A stretch of DNA of 61,764 nucleotides, the filler included. It is 6 parts of 6 records of this genome, joined end to end, with 100 filler letters (N's around TTAATTAATTAA, not from the genome) between each part and the next. Parts side by side here need not be neighbours in the genome. Positions count along the whole stretch, not along the records: positions 20,589 to 30,035 come from SRR2962707_4983; positions 30,136 to 37,685 come from SRR2962707_4984; 4 more parts are not named here. One strand, written 5' to 3'. The notes beneath the pieces were generated by a model. That model ran no database searches and was not told where the DNA came from. It was given only the letters and a program-made list of their open reading frames with translations. Positions 20,775 to 32,856 of this stretch are shown in pieces (position 1 is the stretch's first letter; each line of letters begins with the position of its first letter). The position numbers and the translations under genes were made by a program.

Positions 20775-23700
20775 GCACACGCAGGAGGCACGGGCCGAAG
20801 CCGAAATGCTCCAGACGCTGAGACACCCAAACATTGTTGAGTTTCATGAAGCGTTTGTGGAGTCAAGATACTTGTGCCTCGTGATGGCGTACTGTCGCTC
20901 GGGTGACCTGAAAGGGCGCGTGAAGCGTGCCAAAAGTCGGAACAAGCTGTTCAAGGAGCAGACGATCATGGATTGGTTTGTGCAAATGTGCTTCGGGTTG
21001 AACTACATGCACAAAAAGCACATCATGCACCGCGATCTCAAACCGCAGAATGTCTTTCTCACGGAGAACAACAAGATCGTGAAGCTGGGAGACTTCGGCG
21101 TCACCCGCGAGCTCAATTCGACGCAAGCCCTCGCCAAAACGCAGGTTGGGACACCGTACTACATGTCACCAGAGCTTGCTCGGAATGAACAGTATTCATT
21201 TCAAAGCGACGTTTGGGTACGTACAGGCGCCTTTGTACTGCTGGTGGGCTTTCTTTTTGCCGTTGGTGGCAGATCCCCATGCTTTTGGCCGTGCGCAGCG
21301 ATTCTCTTGTTTGCCTAAGCATTCACACTTAGCGTGTTTGTCCAACGCTAAATGCGCAGGCTTTGGGCTGCATTTTGTCAGAAACGTGCACCCTCAGTGT
21401 GCCGTTTGATGCTGAGAATTTCCCAGAGCTCGTCACAAAGATCACCAATAGCCAACCCAGGCAGCTGCACAAATGTTACTCTCAGAAGCTTCGAAATTTG
21501 GTCACATCCATGTTAGCCAAGGATCCTCAGGACCGACCGACCACTGATCGGGTGCTCCGGAATGAGTTTGTGCAGGAGCATATCCGGTCTTTCTCGGAAC
21601 GATACCAAGAGCACTATGGTGCGTAGCCAAGGCCAAGCGTCTGAAATGCTGTTTTCTGCGTGTGTCTGAATTCGTTGAAGCACAATCCCGTCGCATGTTC
21701 ACCGTTTTTTGTTTTGAATCCTTTTGCTTCAATGATCGTGAAGGCCGAGTCCAGCCCGTCACCCCGAATGTAGATGCGTACTCCCCCCGGCGCCCAAACG
21801 CAAAGGTTGTTGCAGGTGGGCTTGAGTCTGCTTCGGACGCTGGAAACGGGGCAGCCGTCGTCCCCGCAGGGACTCAAAGCGGGCGCGATGACGACAAAAG
21901 CCCCAGCGCGGGCGCTGGGGCCGGTGATGCAGTGGTTGAGGAGAAACGTGCGCGGAACTCGGTTCCTCCGGCAAAGATAGTCGGTGATCAGGAGCCACGG
22001 CATGCCGCCGTTGCGGCAGCGAATGCGCGCCGTAAAGCGGCCGAACTGTCGTCGACTCTGGATGAACGGGATGTGAAGATCCATGACATTAAGCAGAGGC
22101 TAAAACTCTGGAACAACGGAGTGATTGAATCCGACAAGCGAGGGGGTGGAGCAGATGGTGAGGGACGGCATCCAATGTCGTCCGCGAACGAACGGCAAGC
22201 TCTAACGGCATCATTGAAGAAGTTGATGGCGGAGCAAGTTCGAGACGCAACGGCGTTATCCCAGTACCAAGACCAAATCGAAAACCGCGAAGGGCAAGAG
22301 CTGAAACAGGTGCTGCAGTACTGCGAGGAAAACTTACGGGTTGCGGAAGAGCGGCGTCAGGCAACGGCAAAAGTAGAAAACATGCTCAAAGCGTCGCTTG
22401 GACATGACTCGCCCGTAAGCTCCGCACGCCTCAAGGTCGGCCAACCTGCTGCGTCGCCTGCCGCTCGTCGCCTGGCGCCACGAGTTGGCAGCTCGGTACT
22501 AACTCCAAGAGCGAAACTTGCGGCTGCCGCGGCTGCTGCCAAGCGAAAACAGCTCCAGAGGCAGCAGCAGGATCGCCAGCGTCAAAAGCGCGTGCAAGAA
22601 CTTCAACAGAAAGAGCTTGTGCTGGACGTTCAGAACTCGGCACCCTCGCACTCTGCTCACAGGCCGATTGCACATCGTTCGCAGCAGGCAGCGAAGGTCA
22701 CAGGCCAAACGCTGAGTTCCCCAGCCGGCGTCGACACACCCGAGATTCTAAAGCATCTGCGTGTTCGCACGCCCGGGACAGGAGGCAGCAGTCACAGCCA
22801 AGCCAGCCAGGCCACGCCCGACAGGACGCCGGAGGTGCATCAAGGTCCATCGACCAACGCAACCCCAACGTCATCATCCACACCGACAGCCATTCGGCGT
22901 GGAAGTGCGAGCATCAAAGAAATTCTGCACACAGATGCGTCTCATGTGCGCGTTGTTGGTGTTGGTGCCTCCAGCTTGTCCCCCGCTCACCGATCAGCTG
23001 CACCAAGCTCCGGGGTACCGCTGCCAGTCGACGCTGCGGCCAGAAAACGTACCGACCCCAAATCAAGCGAAGGAAGCGGGCACGTCCTTGCTGCTCAGCA
23101 CGCAGGTATTGAACGGCGAAACAGCGGGGAGATCCTGAAAGCCGCAGCTGCACAGATAGTTCAAAAGGCCGTCACCAAAGTGGGGGACAATCGTCGGGCT
23201 GTGGACGCCCGTGATCGCCGGCTGCACCATGGGCGCGACACCAAAGAACGAGATCGAGCCCAGGGCAACGCTCAAAGAACTGCGTCTAGTGGCCGCCGCG
23301 ATCACAAGCATCCACAGGCACGACAAAACGACCACCATCGCCGCGGAATTCCACCTGCAGCCTCGTCGTCGAGCGCGTCCCGCTCAACAAGCTCGAGCCG
23401 GCGGCAGAGAAGGGATAAGCGCTCGTCATCCAACTCGCGTGGTACGTCAGAGGAAGACCTGCGGCCAGGAACCTCGGACCTTGAAACGACGCGCGGGTCT
23501 CTCGCAGCGTCGTTGTCGGCCGAGCGTCCGTCAACCGCGTCTTCTGATATTATGAAGAAGTCCAATTTTTTGTCGGGCGTCGATCCAAAGTTGCTGGAAA
23601 TATCCCACCTGCAGGCGAAGAAGGTAGGTTGCTTGTGGCGCCAAGATGGTATCTCCCCTTTTTCGCACAGGGTCCGGCCAGTCTGTTTCGAGGTGATGGA

Positions 23701-23855
23701 CGATGCGCTCTTTGTTGTAGGCCGTACTTCAGAAACTACCCACGCCACCGACTACACTTCAACAGTTGTCAGGCCCTTTGCGACCCGCGTTCCCAGCACA
23801 GAGAAGGAAACTGCCTGTTGGGGGGAAGCTTGCTCCAGTAATTGGTCCATCGTGA
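20775..23855 (+). CDS. NIMA-related (NEK) Ser/Thr kinase, spliced, 5'-truncated, with a long coiled-coil/low-complexity tail
   Basis: LRHPNIV, WFVQMCFGL, HRDLKPQN, KLGDFG, VGTPYYMSPE, SDVW|ALGC; GT-AG introns at 21217-21359, 21619-21743 and 23624-23720 restore the frame through to TGA at 23853-23855. Confidence 0.88.
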
Positions 23856-23951
23856 CATTTTTAATTTATACCAGGGGGTCATTTACGCAGCGTCAAGTTT
23901 GGACTTGACCTTGCGTCAAGTGGGGACAAAACTGAATTCCGGCACCGTGGT

Positions 23952-26900
23952 CTATCGTTTCGTCGCTGATCCGTCAGGGTGGGACGACAACTTCTTGATG
24001 TCTTTTCCAAATTTGTCGAAACCCTCCCCCATTTGTTTACCCATCTACAACCACGCATTTCCACGCACATTTATATTTGACAGCACATCTCAACTCACCA
24101 GCCACACACCACTGCAAGCAAGCAGTTGAATGCCCGTCACCACGAGGCACGTACTTTTTTGAAAAAATCATTGATTTCTGGAAGCGATGTTTGCGGCGAG
24201 AGGCTGGGCTGCACAATTCCAAAACCGCCCTTGGACTTGTGGCTACCTGTCGAGTCAGTGCTACCGACGCTTGACCGGCTCCCGGTGCGACGGTGTCCAG
24301 TCATCGGGGGCCCGGCGGCCCCCGATGACATTAGGCTTCCAAAACTGCCAAAACTTCCAAACCCACTCGCTCCTTTCTTGCGATGCTGCTTCTTCTTCGC
24401 GTCACTTGGGGGCGGCGAGGCGAGCACACCAACAGCTTCGCGGTGCTTACCACGGTGGGATGACTTGTGGACTGGAGATGCAGGCAACACTGTCACAAAA
24501 GTCTCGCCTTCGTCGACGCCCTCCGGCACTTCGACAACCATGTCCCGACCACGTTTTGGCGTTTGCACAGAAACTAAAGTCCCGCTGTGGGCGCCGGCCG
24601 GCACTGTAACCTAGAATGGAGAATAATGCGAAACAGGTGTGAGTCCGGAAGAAATGAGCGGTTGATGTCGGACCAGTGGTTCGAGACGTGCCTGTAAGAG
24701 CCGCGAGGGCACGGCCTTCAGAGGTAGATCACTGCTGCCACGCCCCCCGCGTGCAATATCAGTGGCAACGGCATCAAGATCAACGATGTCCACGTCTTCG
24801 TCGCTGCCATCACGGGAACCGCTGTCGCTTCCTGAACCCTGTGACTCATGTTCCTCTTCGTGAAGGGGCGATAAATGGACATCGAATATGACCTCGCCAT
24901 CGCTGCTTCCATCTGAATCGCTTCCATCATCTTTGTCGCTGTCGGCATTCTCAAGTGTAGTTGGTAGACCACCAGTGATGGTTGAGAGAGTTGCGGCTGT
25001 GTCTTCGAAGAACTCTTGCACGGCAGCTGTGGTGATTGAACTCAAAGACTTGACTCGTTCGAGCGTTTTGCGATACCTAACACATCACAAGCCGATCTTA
25101 GCAATGGGCACACGAGCTCGATACATTGAACGCGGAACTCTGCTGTTGCGAGGTAAATCACCTCACGCGTTCGTCGCTTTTCAACAGTTCAAACAACTGG
25201 TGCTGCCGTTCTTGACGACTGCGATGAGTTGGTGTTGCGTTGGCAGTGTGGTGAGTGCCAGGATCCAAGATACCAACGTCACTACTTCCTTCATTCGCGT
25301 CGATACGGGCCAGATCTTTCGCAACACGGGCTTCAGCCTCAGCCAACGCTTTTGCCTGCAAGTCCGCCTGAAGCTTGGCACAAGAAACGCATGCGTCATA
25401 ATCGCATGGTCTGCATCCTAGCATTGGGGCATAGAGTTGCTGAAGCTCTGAACATTCGTCGCAAGTATAGGTCCGCGTGTCAACTTTGAATGGCTTCAAA
25501 ATGTGTCCAGCAGGACAATGAAGTTGCTACAAAAGAAAAACAACACATCACACCGGGTCATTGACAGACGAACATGCGGCAGCCAAAATCCAAGCAAGGC
25601 TGATTGGTAATAACCACCAACCTGCTCTCCTACGGCATCTTGGGTGAGCCGCGCTGCCTTTTCTTCTTGATCTTGCTTCGCAATTATTGCAAGTAAAGCT
25701 CGTACCCCTTCCTTAATCGCCCTGTGAAGGCGTTTATCTCGAAGAAATTCCCGACTGTTTGAAAGAAACTCAAAGATAGGCATTGCAGCGGCGATGCAAG
25801 CACGCGTGTCTGCAGCATTCCAAGGTGAATTGGAATGCACAGCCTCGCGCTCGAGGCGGAGGCAGTGAAGCACAACGAGTCTCACCACATTCCTTGCATG
25901 TCGGTCCAAGTCTAACGCGGAATCGCGAAGTACGGAATAAGCTGCGTTTAGAATTGCAACGGCAACTTCCCTGGAACCGTCCTTGGCAACCACAACCGCA
26001 AGTGCCTAAGCCGCAATACGCACAAGGATTTAAACAAGCTGGCCCGCACAACCAGATACAACGCGCCTTGTGCAATTGGCCGCAAACACGAACCTTCCAC
26101 ACCCAAGGTTGGATATCATCCTCAATAGATGCCGCAGCATCGGCGTGAGACACTAGCAAGGATTTTGCTTCGGCTAAAACATTCGATACGCTGGGCACGC
26201 CGCTGGCTGCAGAGGATGTGCCTGCGGGGTCGGCATCAGCGTTCCCAATAATTGGCAATGACTCCGGCGTGCCATCTCCTTGAGCTGTGTCCCAACGATC
26301 ACGCCTGCACAGCAACACGCAACACGGTGAAGGCCAGGCCCTTATCACACAATGCAATGAATAGCCATGGTGAGACGCGCACCTGAAGTCCACACGAACA
26401 AGATACCCAGCACAGAGTGCTCTGAGAGCTGCTGGGTAGACATGATTGCCGTCGTTGTCACAAGCGCGAACTACCCCCAAGAAAAAAAGAATTCCAATGC
26501 CGGCAACGTATGGGTTCGAGCGCGTTTTTTGTTGCTGTTGGCGCAGACGGTGCTGATGGTCGGCCAAAGGCGATGCGGCTCCGAAAGAAATGATGCGACT
26601 GGCCCACAGCTCCAGAATCCGCGACTGCTCCTTCACAAGGCCTTGGAACTTCGCAAATGACCGGCGTGCCAAGAACACGAACACAGAGGCTGCGTCAGTT
26701 TGGCTAGGGACGGACGCTGCATCGTCTGATGTGCCGGTACCCTGCTTCCGCGCACACAGTTGAGCAAGTTGCTCAGTAAGTTCACAAAAATCTGCTCCGT
26801 TCGCATTCCAGCCACTGGACGATGTCAAGCACCGACAGAAAGCTTCTTCAATGAGACAGTAGCACCGATTCCCATGAGTCTCGAGCTTGCTTGCATGATC

Positions 26901-29762
26901 GCCAGTCACCCTGCGTGGGGTTTCAAGTACTTTGCGAAACGATTCTGCCTCATCCACTTCATGACCACTCTCCCACAATAAATTGTGGCATGGCGGGCAC
27001 TTGGCATAAGCGAAGGCATACCTAAGCGCAACGTGTACGAGCACGGCCCGGAACTGTGGGGACGGCAGGCTCCCCACTTGCAAAATTGAGTCCCTCGGCG
27101 AGCCAGTCTGGCCCGAAGCGTCGAAGAACGAGATGCCCATATCGTCCTCCACGAAAGCTCCCATTTCCTTCGTGAATTCCGACTTCCAGTCGATGCCAGC
27201 GCGGCATAATACAAGCGGGACGACGACACAAATCAAAAAGTGCGGCCCAAGTGTGTCGTGTAGCAATAACATTGTCTTCAGCATTGTGTTTGCGGTGCCC
27301 CGTGCAGTGGAATCTGCCAGGTGCACTGCAGCCAAGGCGGGTGACCAGTTCTCGCGCAAAAGTCGCATTTTGTCGGCGGTGGCAATCGCCTTGTCTTTCG
27401 TATCTGACGAGATGACACCCGTTTTTTCGAACCCAACATCATGCCGCCACACTGCTGCTGCTTCCTGACCATCTAAAAGGTCCGATTTCGAGGCCGGAGA
27501 ATCTATGATAGCCTCAGGGAAGGCAATCACTATCTGCGGCAAAAAGTGCTTCAGGAACCAAAACAGCCCTGCCCACGATCGAACCCTTTCACGGGCGAGG
27601 TTGGTTTGCTCCAAACGGACGCCAGCAGAAGAAGGCGGTTCTTCTTGAGAATTGCCAGTGGCCGCGGTGGTGCATGCACCAGTGGCATCATTGTCTGGAG
27701 TTGCAGCACAGTGGCGAGCTTCACCCACAGACGCGAGCAACCTGCCATGGTGTTCGGCTGCAGACCATGGGCGTCGGTCCAATCCCTGCCAGAACGCCGC
27801 CAAACAATCGTGCTTGGGCGAAGAGGCGCCAGCAGCGTCAGCAGTGGTGCTGTTTACGAGTGCATCAGTCGTTGAATCCGCTTCCCATTGTCCAACGTTC
27901 GGGAACTTAGTGCCAAACTCTGCAAGCAAGGTTGCGTAAACCACTGGGAGGCACACTTGCAAAGAAACGAGCATGCGGTTCAGAAGGCGAAGAACCACGG
28001 GCTTGGCAAGCTGTGCTTGCGATCGTTGATAAAGTTCCCAGTTCTCACGTTGCCAGGGATCTTCTGGAGGCGTAGCCGTCGCGTCGATTTGCACTGACAA
28101 GCTAGCATCGGTCAAAACCACAGTCTGACCGCTGCTGGTGGATTTGTCCGCGGTGGCGTCGTCGTCAGACGTCTGCTGCCCATCGTTGTCGGCATCTGAT
28201 GTGGCGAGGGATTCTCTTCGGCCTTTACTTCGTTCTAACAGAGAATCCTCTTGACCCCGTTGCATGGCTGCCACCACGCGACTGACGTTCGCTGATGAAG
28301 AAGAATGCTCACGCAGGTAGTAACCGGTATCGCACAAGGCCACTAATAGCTGCTGGACCACGCCGTGGTTCGTAAGGAGGCAGTCTTGGTCAAGATCTAT
28401 ATGTAGCAAATACAGGAGAAGCGCGCGAGCGCCACCTAGCGCATTGATTCTGGCCGGTTGTGTGGAATCGCCCTTCATGACAAGGTTGCACACTCGCGAC
28501 GATGGGTCCTGAAGCGCGTGACGAAACGCGCGGTATGCCGCGGGGAGGTAGCGCACTAATGACGCTTCATTCTTGTGCACGACCAGTACTCGCAACAAGT
28601 GGCCGAGGGCGGTAGTCCTGACAATATCGCTTTGGCAAACTCGCCAGTCTGCCAACCGCTCCAGCGACGCCATGAGAGTATGCGGAGATTGGACTCCGAG
28701 GTCGTCGAGAGCCACATGCAGCTCAAGAAGGAGGAGCTGCAGGGCAGGGGAAGTCGCTGCTAGCGACTGGGGTTCCATTGCAGCAGCAACTGCAGGCAAA
28801 ACAGTAGACTTAATGCCGTTGGCATCGTCCAACGCATGGTGGTCCAGCACAGGTGATGATGTGCCTTCAGCCCGATGAGTCTCAGCAGCGAGAATGGCCG
28901 CCGGACCGCCTGCATCACTTACAGTTGGCGACTGTGGCGTCGAATCGTCGCTAAGGTGCCCGTCGTTGAGATTGCGGGCGATGGGCTTCTCGTCCGGAAG
29001 TGGCATGCACGATAGGCAGTATGAACGGAAGATCTCCAACACAGTTTGCCTGTCAGCCCGGTCCGGGCTCGGCCACAAACGCAGGAGGGTTGCAAGGATT
29101 CGTTGCTTTGTGGCCACTGCTACTTCGCAGTGCAAGATTTGTGCCAGCAAGGCGGCAAACTCTGGCAAGTGATGACGAGGAGCACCTTGTGCAAGTCTGA
29201 GGAGCGGTGCAACCATGGTGGTTTCAACCAGCGCGAGGCCCGCTGGCGAGTGCTCGTGCTGATGAAGCTCCCGCGAAAGGCGCTGTATTTCTTCTTGGTG
29301 ACGCAAAAGCTGGTTGCTCAAGCTTTTGTGCGCGTTGCGCATCTGACGGAGGCGGGCCTGTTGCTTGAAGTACAGCTGAGAAAACTTGCTGAAGTCGCGA
29401 TTCCCCTGCAAATACAAAGACTCAATCCGACGGAGTGCATCGGATTGGGACTGGATTTTAGCCACTGTCGCCGCGCTGGCGGCGTAATCCACCACGTTCA
29501 GCTGCACCCTCGCCAGGGTTCCTTGCTGAAGACCCAGCGGGGCATTTAAATGCCCTGGCGCGGCGGAAGGCTCCTCACGGTCGTCGTGCGCCCGGGCATC
29601 TATATCTGGACCCGAGTCCGCTGCGATATCTCCAAAGTGTTTCTCAAGGTGACTTACTTTGATGCCTCGGTCGGCGAGCTCGCAGTACAGCTCGAGGGCC
29701 GTCGCTTCCAGGCCGGCGTCCGTCAGCTCACGCGCAAGTTGCTCAAACTTGGAGTCGCTCAT
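23952..29762 (-). CDS. RELCH/KIAA1468-like (RAB11-binding, LisH/HEAT family) protein with a C-terminal Zn finger; spliced, about 1757 aa
   Basis: N-terminal LARELTDAGLEATALELYCELADRG...LEKHF and RILATLLRLWPSPDRADRQTVL resemble conserved RELCH blocks (from memory); introns at 26305-26382, 26006-26093, 25527-25621, 25077-25161, 24611-24691 and 24045-24154 join the minus-strand ORFs into a 5274-nt frame. Confidence 0.7.
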
Positions 29763-30035
29763 GTCGAAGGAAAGTGCCTTGAAGCTAGAAGCTCGTCGAC
29801 ATGGAGGCTCTGGCTTCACAGCGAAGGAATTCCGGCGATCAACGGCGTCCGCCGTACTACCATTCACTCTCTGCACAAAAAACCGCACCGGCGCGACGTC
29901 GTCGTCTCACTCGACGAGAAAGAATCTTGCCAACGCAACGCCAAACACCAGCGACAAAATGAAGGGAGACAGAGCAAACAGAACACCACCAGAGGAAGCA
30001 ACAACGAAAAAAAAACAAAAAAACAAAAACAAAAA

Positions 30036-30135
30036 NNNNNNNNNNNNNNNNNNNNNNNNNNNNNNNNNNNNNNNNNNNNTTAATTAATTAANNNNNNNNN
30101 NNNNNNNNNNNNNNNNNNNNNNNNNNNNNNNNNNN
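30036..30135. other. Artificial contig linker
   Basis: Same N-TTAATTAATTAA-N structure. Confidence 0.99.
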
Positions 30136-30137
30136 AT

Positions 30138-31445
30138 GGAAGGCTCAATGCCTTCCTTTCTGTTTTTACAGAAGCTATTCGCCAGGCGGAAAAGATCGAC
30201 CAGAAGCTGTCTGGAGGATCAGCCGGTAAACTAGCCGGATTGATTGTTGGGGTTAAGGATGTCTTTGCATATCAAGATCATCCACTTACATGTTCCAGTC
30301 AAATTCTCGAAGGATTCGAATCTCAATTCACTGCAACATGTATTCAGCGATTAATTGATGAAGATGCGATCATCATCGGGCGACAAAATTGTGATGAATT
30401 TGCCATGGGCTCAACAAATGAGAACTCTGCATTTGGAGCTAGTAAAAACCCCATAGATGAAAGCAGGGTTCCGGGAGGATCTTCCGGTGGATCGGCAAGT
30501 GCAGTAGCTGCAGACTTATGCCAGGTTTCGATTGGATCTGACACAGGGGGTTCTGTTCGTCAACCGGCGGCATTTTGTGGCATCATTGGACTTAAACCTA
30601 CATATGGCAGAATTTCAAGGTATGGATTAGCGGCCTACGCCAGTTCTTTTGATACAGTAGGAATTTTATCTAAAAGTATTGAAGATGCAGCATTGGTCAT
30701 GCAGGTCATGTCAGGAGCAGATTCCTTAGATAGCACTTGTTCCACAAAACCGATGCAGAACTACCAAGTGAAATCAGATAAAAAGTATAGGATCGGCGTA
30801 TTAGGAGATGCTTTGCAGAGTGATGGAATCCAGGCCGAAATCAAAACTACACTTGAAGAATTCATTGATGGGTTGAAGTCGCAGGGACATGAGATAGAAG
30901 AGATCGAGTTCAAACTCAAGGATTATTTCCTTCCAACCTATTATGTACTTACTGCGGCAGAAGCAAGCTCAAACTTGTCCAGGTATGATGGAATCAGATT
31001 TGGTATTCGTGAGGAATCGAATGATATCCATGATTTGTACAAACAGACTCGAACCAGGGGATTTGGTACTGAAGTAAAGCGAAGAATCATGACCGGTACA
31101 TTCGTGTTGAGTGCGAGCTATCATGATGCCTATTACACCCAGGCGCAGAAAGTGAGGAGGTTAATCAAAGAGGAAGCAGAAAGGCTATTAGGATCATATG
31201 ATTTCTTACTCACCCCGACAACCCCGACAACTGCAGTTAAGATTGGAGAAGTGGTGAATGACCCAATTCAAATGTACTTAGAAGACCTTTTCACCGTTCA
31301 GGCTAATGTAGCCGGAATCCCTGCCATATCTGTTCCGTTTGGAAAGGATAATAATGGTTTACCGATTGGTATGCAATTGATGACTAAATCTTTTAATGAG
31401 GCTGAATTAATTGATATTTCGCAGCAAATTGCTACTTTCACATAA
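30138..31445 (+). CDS. gatA: Asp/Glu-tRNA amidotransferase subunit A (5'-truncated)
   Basis: GVKD, DEFAMGS, GGSSGGSA, GSDTGGSVRQPA, SSNLSRYDG, GFGTEVKRRI. Confidence 0.97.
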   Translation, partial: GRLNAFLSVFTEAIRQAEKIDQKLSGGSAGKLAGLIVGVKDVFAYQDHPLTCSSQILEGFESQFTATCIQRLIDEDAIIIGRQNCDEFAMGSTNENSAFGASKNPIDESRVPGGSSGGSASAVAADLCQVSIGSDTGGSVRQPAAFCGIIGLKPTYGRISRYGLAAYASSFDTVGILSKSIEDAALVMQVMSGADSLDSTCSTKPMQNYQVKSDKKYRIGVLGDALQSDGIQAEIKTTLEEFIDGLKSQGHEIEEIEFKLKDYFLPTYYVLTAAEASSNLSRYDGIRFGIREESNDIHDLYKQTRTRGFGTEVKRRIMTGTFVLSASYHDAYYTQAQKVRRLIKEEAERLLGSYDFLLTPTTPTTAVKIGEVVNDPIQMYLEDLFTVQANVAGIPAISVPFGKDNNGLPIGMQLMTKSFNEAELIDISQQIATFT

Positions 31446-31470
31446 TTTGAAAAGGACAAAAAGACAGATT

Positions 31471-32829
31471 ATGATACGAAAATGGTTCCTTCTAGGGATT
31501 GTGTTCATTTCATTAGCAGGGAAGGCACAAGAATTTCAACTTACCGAGGTAATCCCAGACAACACGTACGATGAGATCGCTGATCGAATGAGTTGCATTG
31601 AAAATGTAGTACCTCTTAATTTCAATGAGAGGGTCATGGCTTTTGTGGACTACTTTGCTATAAAGGATCGTGAATACACGCGAGATATTATTCGTAAAAA
31701 AGAGCTTTATTTCCCTCTCTTCTCTGAAACACTGGCAAAATACAATATGCCAGACGAGCTGAAATACCTGGCCATTGTCGAATCTGGACTAAGACCAAAT
31801 GCCATTTCAAGAGCCAATGCAGTTGGGTTGTGGCAATTCATTTCCTCAACCGGCAAAATGTACGGATTGAGTAATAACTGGTATGTGGATGAAAGAATGG
31901 ATCCATATGAGGCTACTGATGCCGCTTGCAGACACCTAAGAGACCTCTATCGAATGTTTGACAGCTGGGAGCTGGCCCTTGCAGCCTATAATTGTGGTCC
32001 AGGCAATGTGAGAAAAGCAATTCGGAGAAGTGGCTATAAGAAAGAATTTTGGGATATCTACCGATATCTGCCCCGTGAGACCAGATCATATGTACCACAA
32101 TTTGTGGCCATCACATACCTATTTAATCATTTGGACGAGCATGGTTTCATGGATGTGCCGGATCAATTTTACCCTGAAATGGATACATTGATGGTTAGCC
32201 AATACTTTCATTTGGAAACATTTTGCAATGCTTCTGGACTTTGCCTTGATGACATGTTGCTATGGAATCCAGAAATCAAGAGAGGTGCCCTACCTGAAGG
32301 AACAAGGAATTTTGCACTTAAAATCCCGTCCGATTGGAAAGACACGTTGGTGTTTAATCGAATTGCATTGTATGATACTGCCTCCAAAGTAGGGAAAGAG
32401 CATTTGGATTATCTGGCAAGAAATACACCTGGAAGTACCTATGGTCGTGAAAGACTTTACTACAAAGTTCGAAGTGGTGATGTTTTGGGTACCATTGCGC
32501 AGAGATATGGAGTTCGTGTATCAGATATTAGATCCTGGAACAGGATCAATGGGAATATTATCCGAATCGGACAGACATTAAGTATTTGGGTGCTTCCCTC
32601 ATACAGCTCTAAGACCAAAAGTCTTTACACGGCAAAAGCCCCTGCATCAAAACCTTCGGTACCAAGCTTAAGCACATCACCTACTGGAAAGATGTATACT
32701 GTTAAATCCGGGGATTCGCTATGGAGCATCAGTAAAAACAATAATACAACGATAGAAAAGCTTAAGCAAGCGAATAAGCTGGCAACAAATACCATCAAGC
32801 CTGGTCAATCGTTAGTTATACCAAATTAA
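31471..32829 (+). CDS. mltD: MltD-like lytic transglycosylase with two LysM domains
   Basis: LAIVES, GLWQF, AAYNCGPG, LPRETRSYVP; LysM repeats YKVRSGD and YTVKSGD; signal peptide. Confidence 0.9.
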   Translation: MIRKWFLLGIVFISLAGKAQEFQLTEVIPDNTYDEIADRMSCIENVVPLNFNERVMAFVDYFAIKDREYTRDIIRKKELYFPLFSETLAKYNMPDELKYLAIVESGLRPNAISRANAVGLWQFISSTGKMYGLSNNWYVDERMDPYEATDAACRHLRDLYRMFDSWELALAAYNCGPGNVRKAIRRSGYKKEFWDIYRYLPRETRSYVPQFVAITYLFNHLDEHGFMDVPDQFYPEMDTLMVSQYFHLETFCNASGLCLDDMLLWNPEIKRGALPEGTRNFALKIPSDWKDTLVFNRIALYDTASKVGKEHLDYLARNTPGSTYGRERLYYKVRSGDVLGTIAQRYGVRVSDIRSWNRINGNIIRIGQTLSIWVLPSYSSKTKSLYTAKAPASKPSVPSLSTSPTGKMYTVKSGDSLWSISKNNNTTIEKLKQANKLATNTIKPGQSLVIPN

Positions 32830-32856
32830 GATTCTGGACATCCGCTTGCTGTGCTG

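Noticed and set aside
20489..30135. Eukaryotic kinase and RELCH genes between bacterial genes, suggesting horizontal transfer
   Set aside because: They are separated by artificial linkers and contain spliceosomal introns, so they are a different organism's contig
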